A DNA stretch of 64,000 nt from Dehalococcoidia bacterium (GTDB taxonomy: Bacteria > Chloroflexota > Dehalococcoidia > Lucifugimonadales > UBA3495), in assembly GCA_034421995.1 (NCBI GenBank), contig DAOUJY010000047.1, forward strand, positions 39,125 through 103,124. Direction: 5' to 3'. The notes under the pieces were generated by a model. That model saw only the letters and a program-made list of their open reading frames with translations, was not told the origin of the DNA and did no database searches. The translations under genes and the position numbers were made by a program. Shown one piece after another: positions 1 through 11,259 of this stretch; positions within the stretch are counted from its first letter, which is position 1; each line of letters starts with the position of its first letter.

Positions 1-41
1 CAACGGCGACCCGGATGCCGACGGTGGTCCGGAGGCATAAC

Positions 42-69
42 GTAGGGGCGACCGGCCGGTCGCCCCTAC
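42..69. repeat. REP-like palindrome, family P2 variant (gtaggggcg-N10-cgcccctac)
   Basis: Perfect 9-bp stems read directly. Lies just 3' of the rho stop. Same stem as six other copies in the window. Confidence 0.7.
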
Positions 70-96
70 AATTTGCCGGGAACCGTCGATTTGACG

Positions 97-1539
<1,443 letters not shown>

Positions 1540-1543
1540 ATTG

Positions 1544-2203
1544 TCAGCCTCCGGATGCTTGCTGCCAGTCGCGCAGGAAACTCGCTAAACCGGCGTCGGT
1601 CAGGGGGTGTTTTATCATCTGGGTCAGTACGTTGTAGGGAATGGTGGAGATGTGCGCTCCGGCCTGGGCGGCGGTGACGCAGTGGCGGGCGCCGCGGATG
1701 CTGGCGGCCATCACGTGGGTTTCCACCGATTGCTGCCGGTACACGTCAACTATATCGCGCACCAGCGCCATCCCGTCCTGGCCGATGTCGTCCAGACGGC
1801 CCACGAAGGGACTGACCACAGTGCTGCCGGCGTTGGCGCCCAACAGCGCCTGATTCACGGTGAAAACCAGGGTCTGGTTGACCTGGATGCCGTCGCGGGC
1901 CAGGACGCTGATGGCCTTGAATCCTTCTTCGGTGCTGGGAATTTTGACCCAGGGGTTGGGGATCCACTCCGCGATGTCACGGCCTTCGGCAATCATGCCG
2001 GCGGCGTCGGTACTCACCACCTCCACCGATATGGGGCCGTCGATGATGTCGGCGATCTCCTGCACCGCCGCGCGATAGCCGGCCGCGCCGCCGATGCCTT
2101 CCTTGGCCGCCAGCGACGGGTTGGTGGTAACGCCGGAGATGACGCCCAGTTCGGCGCCCTGGCGAATCTCGTCAATATTGGCAGTATCCAGAAACAGCTT
2201 CAC
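1544..2203 (-). CDS. tal: Transaldolase / fructose-6-phosphate aldolase (short type)
   Basis: N-terminus KLFLDTANIDEI...GVTTNPSL. Start placed at GTG 2203, 7 nt after a GGAGGA SD. The ORF track extends to 2218. Confidence 0.88.
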   Translation of the reverse strand: MKLFLDTANIDEIRQGAELGVISGVTTNPSLAAKEGIGGAAGYRAAVQEIADIIDGPISVEVVSTDAAGMIAEGRDIAEWIPNPWVKIPSTEEGFKAISVLARDGIQVNQTLVFTVNQALLGANAGSTVVSPFVGRLDDIGQDGMALVRDIVDVYRQQSVETHVMAASIRGARHCVTAAQAGAHISTIPYNVLTQMIKHPLTDAGLASFLRDWQQASGG

Positions 2204-2326
2204 TGCTTCATCCTCCATTGGCGCGGACGCCCGCTTGCGTTCCGAGCGAATCGGAGCGCCGGGCGGCTCGCCTACGATATTGGTGCACTCCCGCGGGGGA
2301 TGACGGGGAGTTGCTGGGTAAAACGA

Positions 2327-3982
2327 TTAGTCGGAAGAGAAAGACCATCCGCCGGCGCGCCGGAAGGGTATCTGCTTCCCTTCGCGCACGGTCTGCTGCG
2401 CCTGTCCGATGAGGGCGCGGAAAAGGGGATGGGGGCGGTTGGGTCGAGATTGAAACTCGGGGTGGAACTGGACGCCAACCATGAATGGGTGGTCGGGGAC
2501 TTCCGCCGCCTCCACCAATTCGCCATCGGGCGACAACCCGCTCATCACCATTCCCGAGGCTTCCAGGGTTTCGCGGTACTGGTTGTTGACTTCGTAGCGG
2601 TGACGATGGCGCTCCCTTACTTCAGAGGCGGTATAGGCCGCTGCGGCGCGCGTGTTGTCCTGCGGACGGCAGGGATATTGCCCCAGCCGCATGGTGCCGC
2701 CCAGGTCGGTGACGCCCCGCTGTCCGTGCATGATGTCGATAACGGGGTGCTCGCAGTCCGGGTCCAGTTCCGATGAGTTGGCGTGTTTCAGGCCGGTTAC
2801 GTCCCGCGCCCAGTCAATCACCATCACCTGCATACCCAGGCAGAGGCCCAGGTACGGAACGCCCCGGTCGCGAGCGTACCGGCTGGTGTCCACCATTCCT
2901 TCCACGCCTCGGGAACCGAAGCCGCCCGGCACCACGATGCCGCTGACATCCTTCAGGTAGGCATCCGCGCCGTCCCGCTCCACCGCCTCGGAATGCACCC
3001 ACCTGACATCCGCCCTCAAACCGTGGGATGCGGCGGCGTGGCGCAGCGCTTCCCGCACCGACATATAGGAGTCGGGATATTCGACGTACTTGCCCACCAC
3101 TGCGATAGGCACCGAGTTCTCCGCGGCGTTCATCCGGTCAACCAGGCCGCTCCACTCTTCCAGCTGGCATTGCCCGTCCAGCCCCAGCGATTCGGACAAG
3201 CACCGGCTCACGCCGAAGTGCTCCATAATCAGCGGGACTTCGTACACGTTGCCGACGGTGGGCATGGGGAAAACCGCTTCGGAATCGACGTCGCAGAACA
3301 GGGAAAGCTTCTCGCGGATTGACAGCGTAACCTCGGTGTCGCTGCGGCAGATGAGCGCGTCGGGCTGGATGCCGATGCTTCGCAGTTCCTTCACGCTGTG
3401 CTGTGTGGGCTTGGTTTTCAATTCCTCGGACGCTGATATGTAAGGGAGCAGTGTCAGGTGCATGTAAAAAACGTTGTTGCGGCCCACCGTGTTGCGCATC
3501 TGGCGGATGGCCTCCAGGAAAGGCAAGCCTTCAATGTCGCCCACGGTGCCGCCCACTTCCACCACCACCACGTCGGCCGCGGACTTGGCGGCCAGTCCGG
3601 TCAGCCGGTCCTTGATTTCGTTGGTCAGATGAGGCACGGTTTGGATCGTCCCGCCGAGGAAATCCCCCCGGCGCTCGCGGGTAATCAGCTCCAGATACGT
3701 CTGTCCGGCGGTGACGTTGCTGTCCCGGGTGAGTTCAACGTCAATGAAACGCTCATAATGGCCCAGGTCCAAGTCGGTCTCGCCACCGTCTTTAGTGACG
3801 AAAACCTCGCCGTGTTGATAGGGAGACATGGTGCCCGGATCCACGTTGAGGTAGGGATCCAGCTTGATGACGGTTACAGCTAGCCCCTGGCTTTTCAGGA
3901 TGCGGCCGATGGAGGCGACGCAGATGCCCTTGCCGATGGAGCTGACCACGCCCCCGGTCACGAAAATGTACTTAGTGGCCAT
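2327..3982 (-). CDS. pyrG: CTP synthase
   Basis: 551 aa. KYIFVTGGVVSSIGKG N-terminus and a C-terminal glutamine amidotransferase motif (GLCLGMQ). Confidence 0.97.
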   Translation of the reverse strand: MATKYIFVTGGVVSSIGKGICVASIGRILKSQGLAVTVIKLDPYLNVDPGTMSPYQHGEVFVTKDGGETDLDLGHYERFIDVELTRDSNVTAGQTYLELITRERRGDFLGGTIQTVPHLTNEIKDRLTGLAAKSAADVVVVEVGGTVGDIEGLPFLEAIRQMRNTVGRNNVFYMHLTLLPYISASEELKTKPTQHSVKELRSIGIQPDALICRSDTEVTLSIREKLSLFCDVDSEAVFPMPTVGNVYEVPLIMEHFGVSRCLSESLGLDGQCQLEEWSGLVDRMNAAENSVPIAVVGKYVEYPDSYMSVREALRHAAASHGLRADVRWVHSEAVERDGADAYLKDVSGIVVPGGFGSRGVEGMVDTSRYARDRGVPYLGLCLGMQVMVIDWARDVTGLKHANSSELDPDCEHPVIDIMHGQRGVTDLGGTMRLGQYPCRPQDNTRAAAAYTASEVRERHRHRYEVNNQYRETLEASGMVMSGLSPDGELVEAAEVPDHPFMVGVQFHPEFQSRPNRPHPLFRALIGQAQQTVREGKQIPFRRAGGWSFSSD

Positions 3983-4199
3983 AGGGATCGATTGGATCTA
4001 ACCGCGGCGTCCAAGCCGGAGAGACTTCCCCACACCGCTTCGCCACCCGTCGGGCCGCCCTTTAGTCGTAACTACTATGGCCCACGTATCTTGGCCTTCT
4101 GCGACGTAATGTAACACCGCGCAGCCGGCCGCGTCAAGCATAAGATGGCGCTGTCGAGACTGACCTTCGCGTTGCCGCTCGGTTCGCCGCCGTGCTACC

Positions 4200-6065
4200 A
4201 TGATCCTCGTTATGGAACAACAAAGCATACGCAACTTCTGCATCATCGCCCACATCGACCACGGCAAGTCCACCCTGGCCGACCGCTTTCTGGAGATCAC
4301 CGGCGCCGTCCGGCCCCAGGACATGAAAGCGCAGTTCCTGGACCAGATGGAACTGGAGCGGGAACGGGGCATCACCATCAAGGGCAAGGCGGTGACGATG
4401 ACTCATCGCACGCCCGATGGCGCCGAGTACCAGCTCAACCTCATCGACACGCCGGGCCACGTGGACTTCTCCTACGAGGTTTCCCGCGCCCTGGCCGCCT
4501 GCGAGGGCGCGCTGTTGGTGGTGGACGCCACCCAGGGCGTGGAGGCCCAGACCATCGCCAACACCCTGCTGGCCCTGGAGTACGACCTGGAGATGATCCC
4601 CGTCATCAACAAGGTCGATCTCCCCTCCGCCGAGCCGGAGCGGGTCGCCGCCGAACTGGAGCAGATCTTCGGCTTCCGCCGCGATGAGGTGGTGTTCGTT
4701 TCGGCGAAGGACGGCCTGGGCTGCCGCGAACTGCTGGACGCCATCGTGAAGCGCGTGCCGTCGCCCCATGGCGGCGCCGCGGATCCCTTCCGCGCCCTGG
4801 TGTTCGATTCTACCTACAACACCTACAAGGGCATCATCGCCTACGTGCGCGTCGCCGACGGCAGCATCTCGCGCCACGACCGCCTGCGGGTAATGTCCTC
4901 CGGCAAGTCGGTGGAAATCATGGAGGTGGGCGTCTTCGCGCCGGAGCCTACATCCACGGACGCGCTGTACGCGGGCCAGGTGGGCTACGTGGCCACCGGA
5001 TTCAAGGACGTGCAGGAATGCGCGGTGGGCGACACGTTGACCAGCAACGCCGCCCCCGCCGAGGACCCTCTGCCCGGCTACGTGGAACTGAAGTCCATGG
5101 TTTTCGCCGGCCTCTATCCCTCGGACGGCGAGGACTACACGAGGCTGCGCGCCGCATTGGAAAAGCTCAAGCTCAACGACGCCTCTCTGACCATCGAGCC
5201 GGAGAACAGCGGCGCGCTGGGCTTCGGGTTCCGGTGCGGCTTCCTGGGATTGGTGCACCTGGAGATCGTGCAGGAACGCCTGGAGCGTGAGTACGATCTG
5301 GACCTCATCGTCACCGCGCCCAGCGTGGCCTACGAGGTGCTGCTGACCGACGGCGAGGTGATGCGGGTGGACAACCCGTCCCTGCTGCCCCAGCCCAACA
5401 GCATCTCGGAAATCCGGGAGCCCATCCTGGGCGTCACCATCGTCGCTCCCAGCCGCTCCGTGGGCGCGGTGATGGAGCTGATGCACGCCCGCCGCTCCGA
5501 GTTCCGCCGCATGGAATACATCCAGGGCGTGGGCGGGAAGAACGCCAACGACGGGAGTTCAGGGGAATCCGACCAGAACCGGGTGGTGATGGAATACACC
5601 ATGCCCCTGGGGGAAATGCTGGCCGACTTCTACAACCAGCTGAAATCCCGCACCCAGGGCTACGCCTCTCTCGACTACACTTTCGAGGGCTACCGGGCCG
5701 CTCCGCTGGTGCGCATCGACATCCTGGTGAACCAGACGCCGGTGGAAGCATTGAGCATGATCAGCCACCGGGACAACGCCGTGGTCCAGGGCCGCAGCAT
5801 CGTGGAAAAGCTGCGCGCCACCATCCCCCGCCAGATGTTCGAGGTGCCCATCCAGGCCGCCATCGGCAGCCGCATCGTAGCCCGCGAAACCGTCCGCGCC
5901 ATGCGCAAGGACGTCCTCTCCAAGTGCTACGGTGGCGACATAACCCGCAAACGCAAACTTCTCGAAAAGCAGAAGGAAGGCAAGAAGCGCATGAAGCGCG
6001 TCGGCCGGGTGGAGGTTCCGCAGGAGGCGTTTTTGAGCCTGCTGAAGATTGGGGAAGAAGGCTAG
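4200..6065 (+). CDS. lepA: Elongation factor 4 (LepA)
   Basis: G motifs [17 protein letters not shown] and NKVD. C-terminal LepA tail ([23 protein letters not shown]). Confidence 0.97.
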   Translation: MILVMEQQSIRNFCIIAHIDHGKSTLADRFLEITGAVRPQDMKAQFLDQMELERERGITIKGKAVTMTHRTPDGAEYQLNLIDTPGHVDFSYEVSRALAACEGALLVVDATQGVEAQTIANTLLALEYDLEMIPVINKVDLPSAEPERVAAELEQIFGFRRDEVVFVSAKDGLGCRELLDAIVKRVPSPHGGAADPFRALVFDSTYNTYKGIIAYVRVADGSISRHDRLRVMSSGKSVEIMEVGVFAPEPTSTDALYAGQVGYVATGFKDVQECAVGDTLTSNAAPAEDPLPGYVELKSMVFAGLYPSDGEDYTRLRAALEKLKLNDASLTIEPENSGALGFGFRCGFLGLVHLEIVQERLEREYDLDLIVTAPSVAYEVLLTDGEVMRVDNPSLLPQPNSISEIREPILGVTIVAPSRSVGAVMELMHARRSEFRRMEYIQGVGGKNANDGSSGESDQNRVVMEYTMPLGEMLADFYNQLKSRTQGYASLDYTFEGYRAAPLVRIDILVNQTPVEALSMISHRDNAVVQGRSIVEKLRATIPRQMFEVPIQAAIGSRIVARETVRAMRKDVLSKCYGGDITRKRKLLEKQKEGKKRMKRVGRVEVPQEAFLSLLKIGEEG

Positions 6066-6068
6066 CGG

Positions 6069-6470
6069 ATGTTACTGCGCTGGCCGGAGGATTTTCCCGA
6101 GGATTGCCCGCCGGAAGAGGCCGACCTGGCCAACGGAGTGTTTTACTACATCGTCAAAGCCAACCCACCGAGATCTGGCGATTTTATCCCGCTGTATCAT
6201 CGGAACCGGGGACTGGCCATGAGAAGGGTCAGGAACGGTATCGTAACGGAATGTCAAACGATGGGATTGTCAATCTTTGCCGACCAATCTGATGCTTTGG
6301 CACGGGCGCGGCAGTACCCCGAAATTGGGGATCGGATCGCTCAACTGGCGCTTGGCCCAGATGCGGGTAAAATACTCTCTACGCCGAGGGACGGCGATTC
6401 ACACCATACTTGGTGGAAAGCTGAAGGTTATGACCCGGCCGCGGTAGCCACTGTTGTACTCGACCTGTAG
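6069..6470 (+). CDS. Hypothetical protein (no family recognised)
   Basis: 133-aa ORF with an ATG 3 nt after the lepA stop. Region is visibly more AT-rich than its flanks. Confidence 0.5.
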   Translation: MLLRWPEDFPEDCPPEEADLANGVFYYIVKANPPRSGDFIPLYHRNRGLAMRRVRNGIVTECQTMGLSIFADQSDALARARQYPEIGDRIAQLALGPDAGKILSTPRDGDSHHTWWKAEGYDPAAVATVVLDL

Positions 6471-6490
6471 AGCAGTGTGGAGAAAGGATT

Positions 6491-6889
6491 ATGCTGTCCG
6501 CAATCAAAGGAACACCTTTGCCGAACTTGCCATGGGGCGAGATTTCGTATGATGAAGTGCTCGACCATTATGAGCAAGCCTGTATCACACTGCAACGCGG
6601 CCAAACCGGAGAACTGTATCTGACTTGGTGGAGCGACGCGGATGACGACGTTGAGCGGTGGGTTTGCCTGCCGCTCAGCAAAACGCGCCTCCGCGACATC
6701 CTTTCCGGAAAAACGGCGCCCCGATATGCTATGGACCACCCCGAGAACGGCTACGTGCTCGCGGTTGATATTGACTTGGCAACCGACGTGGTAGTTCGCA
6801 CCGTCAAAACTACCACTGCCGCCTTACCCCAGGACGCGCTGCCCCGACCCGAAGCCGAGCTGAAGATGCCGATGCCCGCAACGCTGTAA
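6491..6889 (+). CDS. Hypothetical protein (no family recognised)
   Basis: 132-aa ORF, 20 nt downstream of the previous ORF on the same strand. Confidence 0.5.
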   Translation: MLSAIKGTPLPNLPWGEISYDEVLDHYEQACITLQRGQTGELYLTWWSDADDDVERWVCLPLSKTRLRDILSGKTAPRYAMDHPENGYVLAVDIDLATDVVVRTVKTTTAALPQDALPRPEAELKMPMPATL

Positions 6890-6900
6890 AGGTTGGCGCT

Positions 6901-7425
6901 ATGTCAACGTTCAAGATTGATATAGCCGTCGGCCACCCGGATGGCGGCGACCTGTCCCCTGTAGGGCCAGTGGTTGACGAGACGGCGGCCCACTCCGTGT
7001 TGCCGGAGTCGCTGCTGACCAAGTTGGGTATTGCACCCCGTCGCCAGGTGGAACTCACTCGCTTTGACGGCAGCACGGCAAAGTACGGCTATGGCCTGGC
7101 CCGCTTCAGCATCGACGGCGAGGAATGGCCCTGCCCGGTGGTATTCGGGCCGGAGGACGATTGCCGGCTGGGCGCGTCGGCCCTGGAGATTTTCAACTTG
7201 GAGATTGACCGTGCCGGCGAAAAACTGCGACCGGCGAAGCGTCGTTTTCTGGGCCGGAAGGCACAAGGCCCGGACCGGGACGCGCCGCAAGGCGCTGCTG
7301 CAATCCTGCAGATGTTTAAGGAAATTCACGAGAGTATGCCGGAGGGAGCTCTGGATGAACTCCCGACCGATCTTTCGGTGAATTTTAAGCACTATCTCTA
7401 CGGCCGGCCGAAGGAAGGAGAATAG
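6901..7425 (+). CDS. Retropepsin-like domain protein (DTG replaced by DET) with a C-terminal antitoxin-like tail
   Basis: The first ~115 aa align by eye with the proteins at 10866 and 15938 (M.TF...VG...VVD[ET]AAHSVLP.SLL). The catalytic triplet reads D-E-T. An extra ~55-aa tail ends HYLYGRPKEGE. Confidence 0.6.
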   Translation: MSTFKIDIAVGHPDGGDLSPVGPVVDETAAHSVLPESLLTKLGIAPRRQVELTRFDGSTAKYGYGLARFSIDGEEWPCPVVFGPEDDCRLGASALEIFNLEIDRAGEKLRPAKRRFLGRKAQGPDRDAPQGAAAILQMFKEIHESMPEGALDELPTDLSVNFKHYLYGRPKEGE

Positions 7426-7433
7426 AGACTGAG

Positions 7434-7840
7434 GTATATGGGGATTCCGGCTACTGGATAGCTATGTTGAATCCAAGAGATCAATGGCATCAAAAAGCAA
7501 TGCAAATTACAGAGCGCATCGGCAACAGGCCCATTGTAACCAGCGAACTGGTCATACCGAATTTCTGAACGGCATGGCGCGACACGGCCCGCGAAGCCGT
7601 CGTGAAGGCGCGGATACCGCGCAAAAACTTTACGTCAACCCAGATATAACCGTCGTTCTGCTCCAGGATTTTCCGCTGGCAAATGCTATTGAACGATATG
7701 CCAGCCGCCTCGACCAGCGCTGGAGCGTGGTTGACTGCCACAGCTTTCTCATCATGGAGGAACGCGGCATAACCGATGCGCTGGCTTACGACCGAGACTT
7801 CGAGCAGGCTGGGTTTCGCGCCCTATTGCGGGAAGATTAG
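7434..7840 (+). pseudogene. PIN-domain (VapC-like) toxin remnant, frameshifted and without a canonical start
   Basis: One frame (7434-7568) reads VYGDSGYWIAMLNPRDQWHQKAMQITERIGNRPIVTSELV then a stop. A second frame continues EFLNGMAR...WSVVDCHSFLIMEERGITDALAYDRDFEQAGFRALL to 7840. Confidence 0.6.
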
Positions 7841-7975
7841 CGCACCTCTACCATCCGCGAAATCCACTTTTTACAAATAGTTAACCGCCCCGCAACAACG
7901 TTGTGGCATTCTATTCCCGACTATACCGCGCACTTGACGGCCAGCGAATCGTTTTCGCCGAAAGTTGGGAATCCA

Positions 7976-9355
7976 ATGCTCACCGATGTCATCACCGCCA
8001 GGCACTACCTGAACGAATGCTTTGACCCCGACGGATTCACCAGGCCCGCCTACCAGAGCCTGATGGACAACTTGGACCGCTTGGGCGTGCCCGAATTGCA
8101 GGGCCGCTGGCGCGAGGCCAAGCATCGCGCCGGACTGGACGCCTTCACCTTCATGCTGGACCCGCGGGAGTTCCGCACTGTGCCCACCGACTGGGTGCCG
8201 CGCATCATTCCCGCCGACGAATGGGATACCATCTCTCGCGGCGTGGAACAGCGTCTCAAGGCCATCAACCGTTTCCTGCTGGACCTCTACTGCGGCGAGC
8301 AGCAGGTGGTCCCGCCCGACGTGATGTATTCCTGCCAGTATTACAATCCGGAGTTGCAGGACTACCGCCCAGCTCAGAACGTGTTCGTCCACATCTACGG
8401 CATCGACCTGGTACACATGGGCGACGGCCGCTACGTCATTCTGGAAGATAACCTGCGCATACCATCGGGCATCAGTTACCAGTTGAAGACCGCCGAGCTC
8501 GGGCTGAACGTGATGCCGGAACTGGCCCAGGGCTACGACATCGTCCCCTACGACATTCGCGCCGGCTACCACGATATGTTTGCGTCGCTATGCGATACCG
8601 ATGATCCGGTATGCGTCCTGCTCACCGACAGCAAGTTCGGCTCGGCATTCTTTGAGCATCGCTACCTTTCGGAGTTGCTGGGCATTCCGCTGGTGGAAGG
8701 CTCCGACCTCTACATTGGCGCCAACGGTCGCGTGTGGGGTCGCGCCATCGACGGCGACTTCGAGGTTGATCTCATTTACCGCCGGGTGGAAGACCTGGAG
8801 CTTTTCGTGCCCGGCCTGACCGAAGCCTACCTCAACCACAAGGTCGTGCTGGTCAACGCCATGGGAACCGGCGCCGGCGATGACAAGCTGGTGTTCCTCT
8901 GGGCGCCCGATATGATAAAAACGTACCTGGGGGAAGAGGCCATTCTGGAACAGGCGACCAGCTATGATCTGCGTTCGCCGGCCAACAGGCAGTACGTATT
9001 GCAGAACCTCGATAGCCTGGTGTTGAAAACGCGCCAGGGCTACGGTGGGTTGGGCGTGTTCATCATGCCCGACTTGGACAAGGGCTATCGCAGCCGCCTG
9101 TCCCAACAGCTGATTGAACAGCCCCAGGTGTTCATCGCCCAGGAAACCCTGGACTTCTCCCAACATCTTGTCTTTGACGAGTCCGGTGGCGAATTTGAGG
9201 AGCGCTACGTTGACCTGCGCGTGTTCGCCGTGCAGAACGGTCGGGGAGAGGTCACCGTTTTCCCCGGCGGACTGACCCGCGTGTCCGAGGCCAACAGCCG
9301 GGTGACCAACAACTCGTCAGGAGGGTCATGCAAACCGACCTGGGTAGTCCGCTGA
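7976..9355 (+). CDS. Circularly permuted ATP-grasp type 2 protein
   Basis: Clear paralog of the ORF at 18634-20094 (shared blocks FxLDPxPR..., EDNLR(I/V)PSG(I/V)SY, NA(M/P)GTG(A/V)(G/A)DDK). Start taken at ATG 7976; the track ORF begins at TTG 7901. Confidence 0.88.
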   Translation: MLTDVITARHYLNECFDPDGFTRPAYQSLMDNLDRLGVPELQGRWREAKHRAGLDAFTFMLDPREFRTVPTDWVPRIIPADEWDTISRGVEQRLKAINRFLLDLYCGEQQVVPPDVMYSCQYYNPELQDYRPAQNVFVHIYGIDLVHMGDGRYVILEDNLRIPSGISYQLKTAELGLNVMPELAQGYDIVPYDIRAGYHDMFASLCDTDDPVCVLLTDSKFGSAFFEHRYLSELLGIPLVEGSDLYIGANGRVWGRAIDGDFEVDLIYRRVEDLELFVPGLTEAYLNHKVVLVNAMGTGAGDDKLVFLWAPDMIKTYLGEEAILEQATSYDLRSPANRQYVLQNLDSLVLKTRQGYGGLGVFIMPDLDKGYRSRLSQQLIEQPQVFIAQETLDFSQHLVFDESGGEFEERYVDLRVFAVQNGRGEVTVFPGGLTRVSEANSRVTNNSSGGSCKPTWVVR

Positions 9356-10227
9356 TACGCGAGACGGTCCCGGTGCATTACGCCTACATTGCCAGATATA
9401 CCTACTCCGATGTAGTGGTGCAGAACGATAACTTCCTCCGGCTGTCGGCATACTCCGATCTCTACCAGAAACCGGGCGCCGGCGAGGTGGCCACAACCCC
9501 GCCGGGCCGCCAGATCGTTTATACCGACCGCCTGGGCAACACTGTCCATCGGGTTCGCATATCCGCGCCGCACCAGGAACTGATCATTGCCGCCGCCGGG
9601 CACGTTTGCCTGAGCGACCTGTCGCCGGATGTAGGCGACGTCCCACTGGCCGGCCTCGAATACGGGCTGGAAGCGCAGGAGTTCCTCACCGCGTCCCACC
9701 TGGCCGATCCGGCCGCCGTCGTGGAAACCGCTCTGGTCGCCGCCGGCGGGGCATCCACATTGCTGGATACGGTGAGCAACGTGGTGCGGTGGATCTACGA
9801 AAACGTGCGTTACCAGCGCGGCCACACGTCGGTGAACACCACCGCGGCGGACGTGCTGGAGTCCATGAGCGGCGTTTGCCAGGACATGACCCACCTGGGC
9901 CTCGCCATGCTGCGCTCCCTGGGCATCCCGGCCCGCTACGTCAGCGGCCTGCTCACCCGGCAGCCGGGCGAGACCCACGCCTGGCTGGAGTTCATGCATC
10001 CCCAGCAGGGCTGGCTGCCCGCCGACCCCACTCGTGGCCTCGTCAGCAACACCGGAACCGATTACCTGAAGTTCGGCGTGGGCCGCGACTACTCCGAAGT
10101 GCCGCCCGTGTCCGGCTCCTTTGTGTCAAAAGGCTCCGGCCAACTGGATATGGCCGCTGCCGAAGTCTTTTTCGACCGCGACACGATTTCAATGGAAGAT
10201 GCCTTCGGGCTGCTGGGACGCTTGTAG
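9328..10227 (+). CDS. Transglutaminase-family protein (N-terminal Bact_transglu_N-like plus Cys-His-Asp core)
   Basis: Core motifs GVCQDMTHL, HAWLEF and ADPT. Confidence 0.88.
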   Translation: MQTDLGSPLIRETVPVHYAYIARYTYSDVVVQNDNFLRLSAYSDLYQKPGAGEVATTPPGRQIVYTDRLGNTVHRVRISAPHQELIIAAAGHVCLSDLSPDVGDVPLAGLEYGLEAQEFLTASHLADPAAVVETALVAAGGASTLLDTVSNVVRWIYENVRYQRGHTSVNTTAADVLESMSGVCQDMTHLGLAMLRSLGIPARYVSGLLTRQPGETHAWLEFMHPQQGWLPADPTRGLVSNTGTDYLKFGVGRDYSEVPPVSGSFVSKGSGQLDMAAAEVFFDRDTISMEDAFGLLGRL

Positions 10228-10251
10228 GGGCGAATAATTATTCGCCCCTAC
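10224..10251. repeat. REP-like palindrome family P2 (gtaggggcgaataattattcgcccctac)
   Basis: Perfect palindrome. It also supplies the TAG stop of the transglutaminase gene. Confidence 0.8.
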
Positions 10252-10297
10252 GCCTACACGCTTGAACCCCGCTGACGCAGAGGAGCATGGTCAGACG

Positions 10298-10834
10298 ATG
10301 GTAGAACCCAGGTCAATCACTTACCGCAGCGACCGTTGGCTTACCGACTCCCGGGTGTACAACCTCATCTGGATGGGACGGTGGCTGGAACGGGCGGACA
10401 ACATCGCCCGCGTGGTGAACACCTTCGCTCGCATGGCGGTGGAAAACGGCAGCGATATGCTCACCCTGCAGCAGTCCCTGGAAACAGCCGCCGCCATTCG
10501 CGGCATCAGCATCGACGACCCCGGCCAGTCCCTCGCCATGCTCATCAAACAGCACGAAGCCTCTTCCATCTACCACAGCCTCGCCACCGCCCGCAGCAAC
10601 GCCACCCACGTCGGCACCGTGGAACTCATCCGCGCCATGTCCGAAGCCGTGCTGACACTGGAGGACGATGCGGCGATGCCGGACACGCCGCTGAACGCCC
10701 TGCTGCTCACCAACGAGGTCCTGGAACGCCTCAACGCCGTGTACAAGATCATCGACGACAACTGGTTCCACCAGGAAGCGCTATCGGAAGAAGAGGTGTA
10801 CCGCCGCTTCGTCCAGCAGCAGCAGCAGCAATAG
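10298..10834 (+). CDS. Alpha-E domain protein, short form
   Basis: YNLIWMGRWLERADNIARVVN matches the N-terminal signature of the 17642 paralog (GLYWMGRYLERTDHLCRLL). Only ~178 aa; poly-Gln C-terminus. Confidence 0.72.
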   Translation: MVEPRSITYRSDRWLTDSRVYNLIWMGRWLERADNIARVVNTFARMAVENGSDMLTLQQSLETAAAIRGISIDDPGQSLAMLIKQHEASSIYHSLATARSNATHVGTVELIRAMSEAVLTLEDDAAMPDTPLNALLLTNEVLERLNAVYKIIDDNWFHQEALSEEEVYRRFVQQQQQQ

Positions 10835-10865
10835 TTGCCTGGCACGCTTGAACCGGCCTGCTTTT

Positions 10866-11225
10866 TCAGAGGCGCACCCTTGTGGTCGGTTCCAATACCT
10901 CACGAACCGGGTCAACTTTGAACATCAGCATCTGTAGCGTGGTCGCCCCAACGATGTTGACGTCATTACCTTCCGGCCCAAATATCGCCGGGCAAATTTC
11001 TTCGCGGTCGTCAATCCCAATCAGTGCCCGACCGCGCCAGTAAGATACCTCACTGCCGTCGGCCAGTGTCGCATCAACTTGGGAACTTCGGCTTATGCGC
11101 AGCCCGTCCAGCAACGACGCGGGAAACATGGCGAAGGAGGCGCCGGTATCAACCAACGCCTCAACCTCTATCATGTCGCCGCCGTCAGGATTGCCGACCC
11201 GAACCATTGTTGAGAACGTGCCCAT
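10866..11225 (-). CDS. Retropepsin-like (clan AA) aspartic protease, single domain
   Basis: ALVDTGASFAMFP catalytic motif. ATG 11225 lies 7 nt after GGAGGA. Paralog of the proteins at 6901 and 15938. Confidence 0.75.
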   Translation of the reverse strand: MGTFSTMVRVGNPDGGDMIEVEALVDTGASFAMFPASLLDGLRISRSSQVDATLADGSEVSYWRGRALIGIDDREEICPAIFGPEGNDVNIVGATTLQMLMFKVDPVREVLEPTTRVRL

Positions 11226-11259
11226 TGATGTTTCCTCCACAGGTTAGGCGACAACGATT

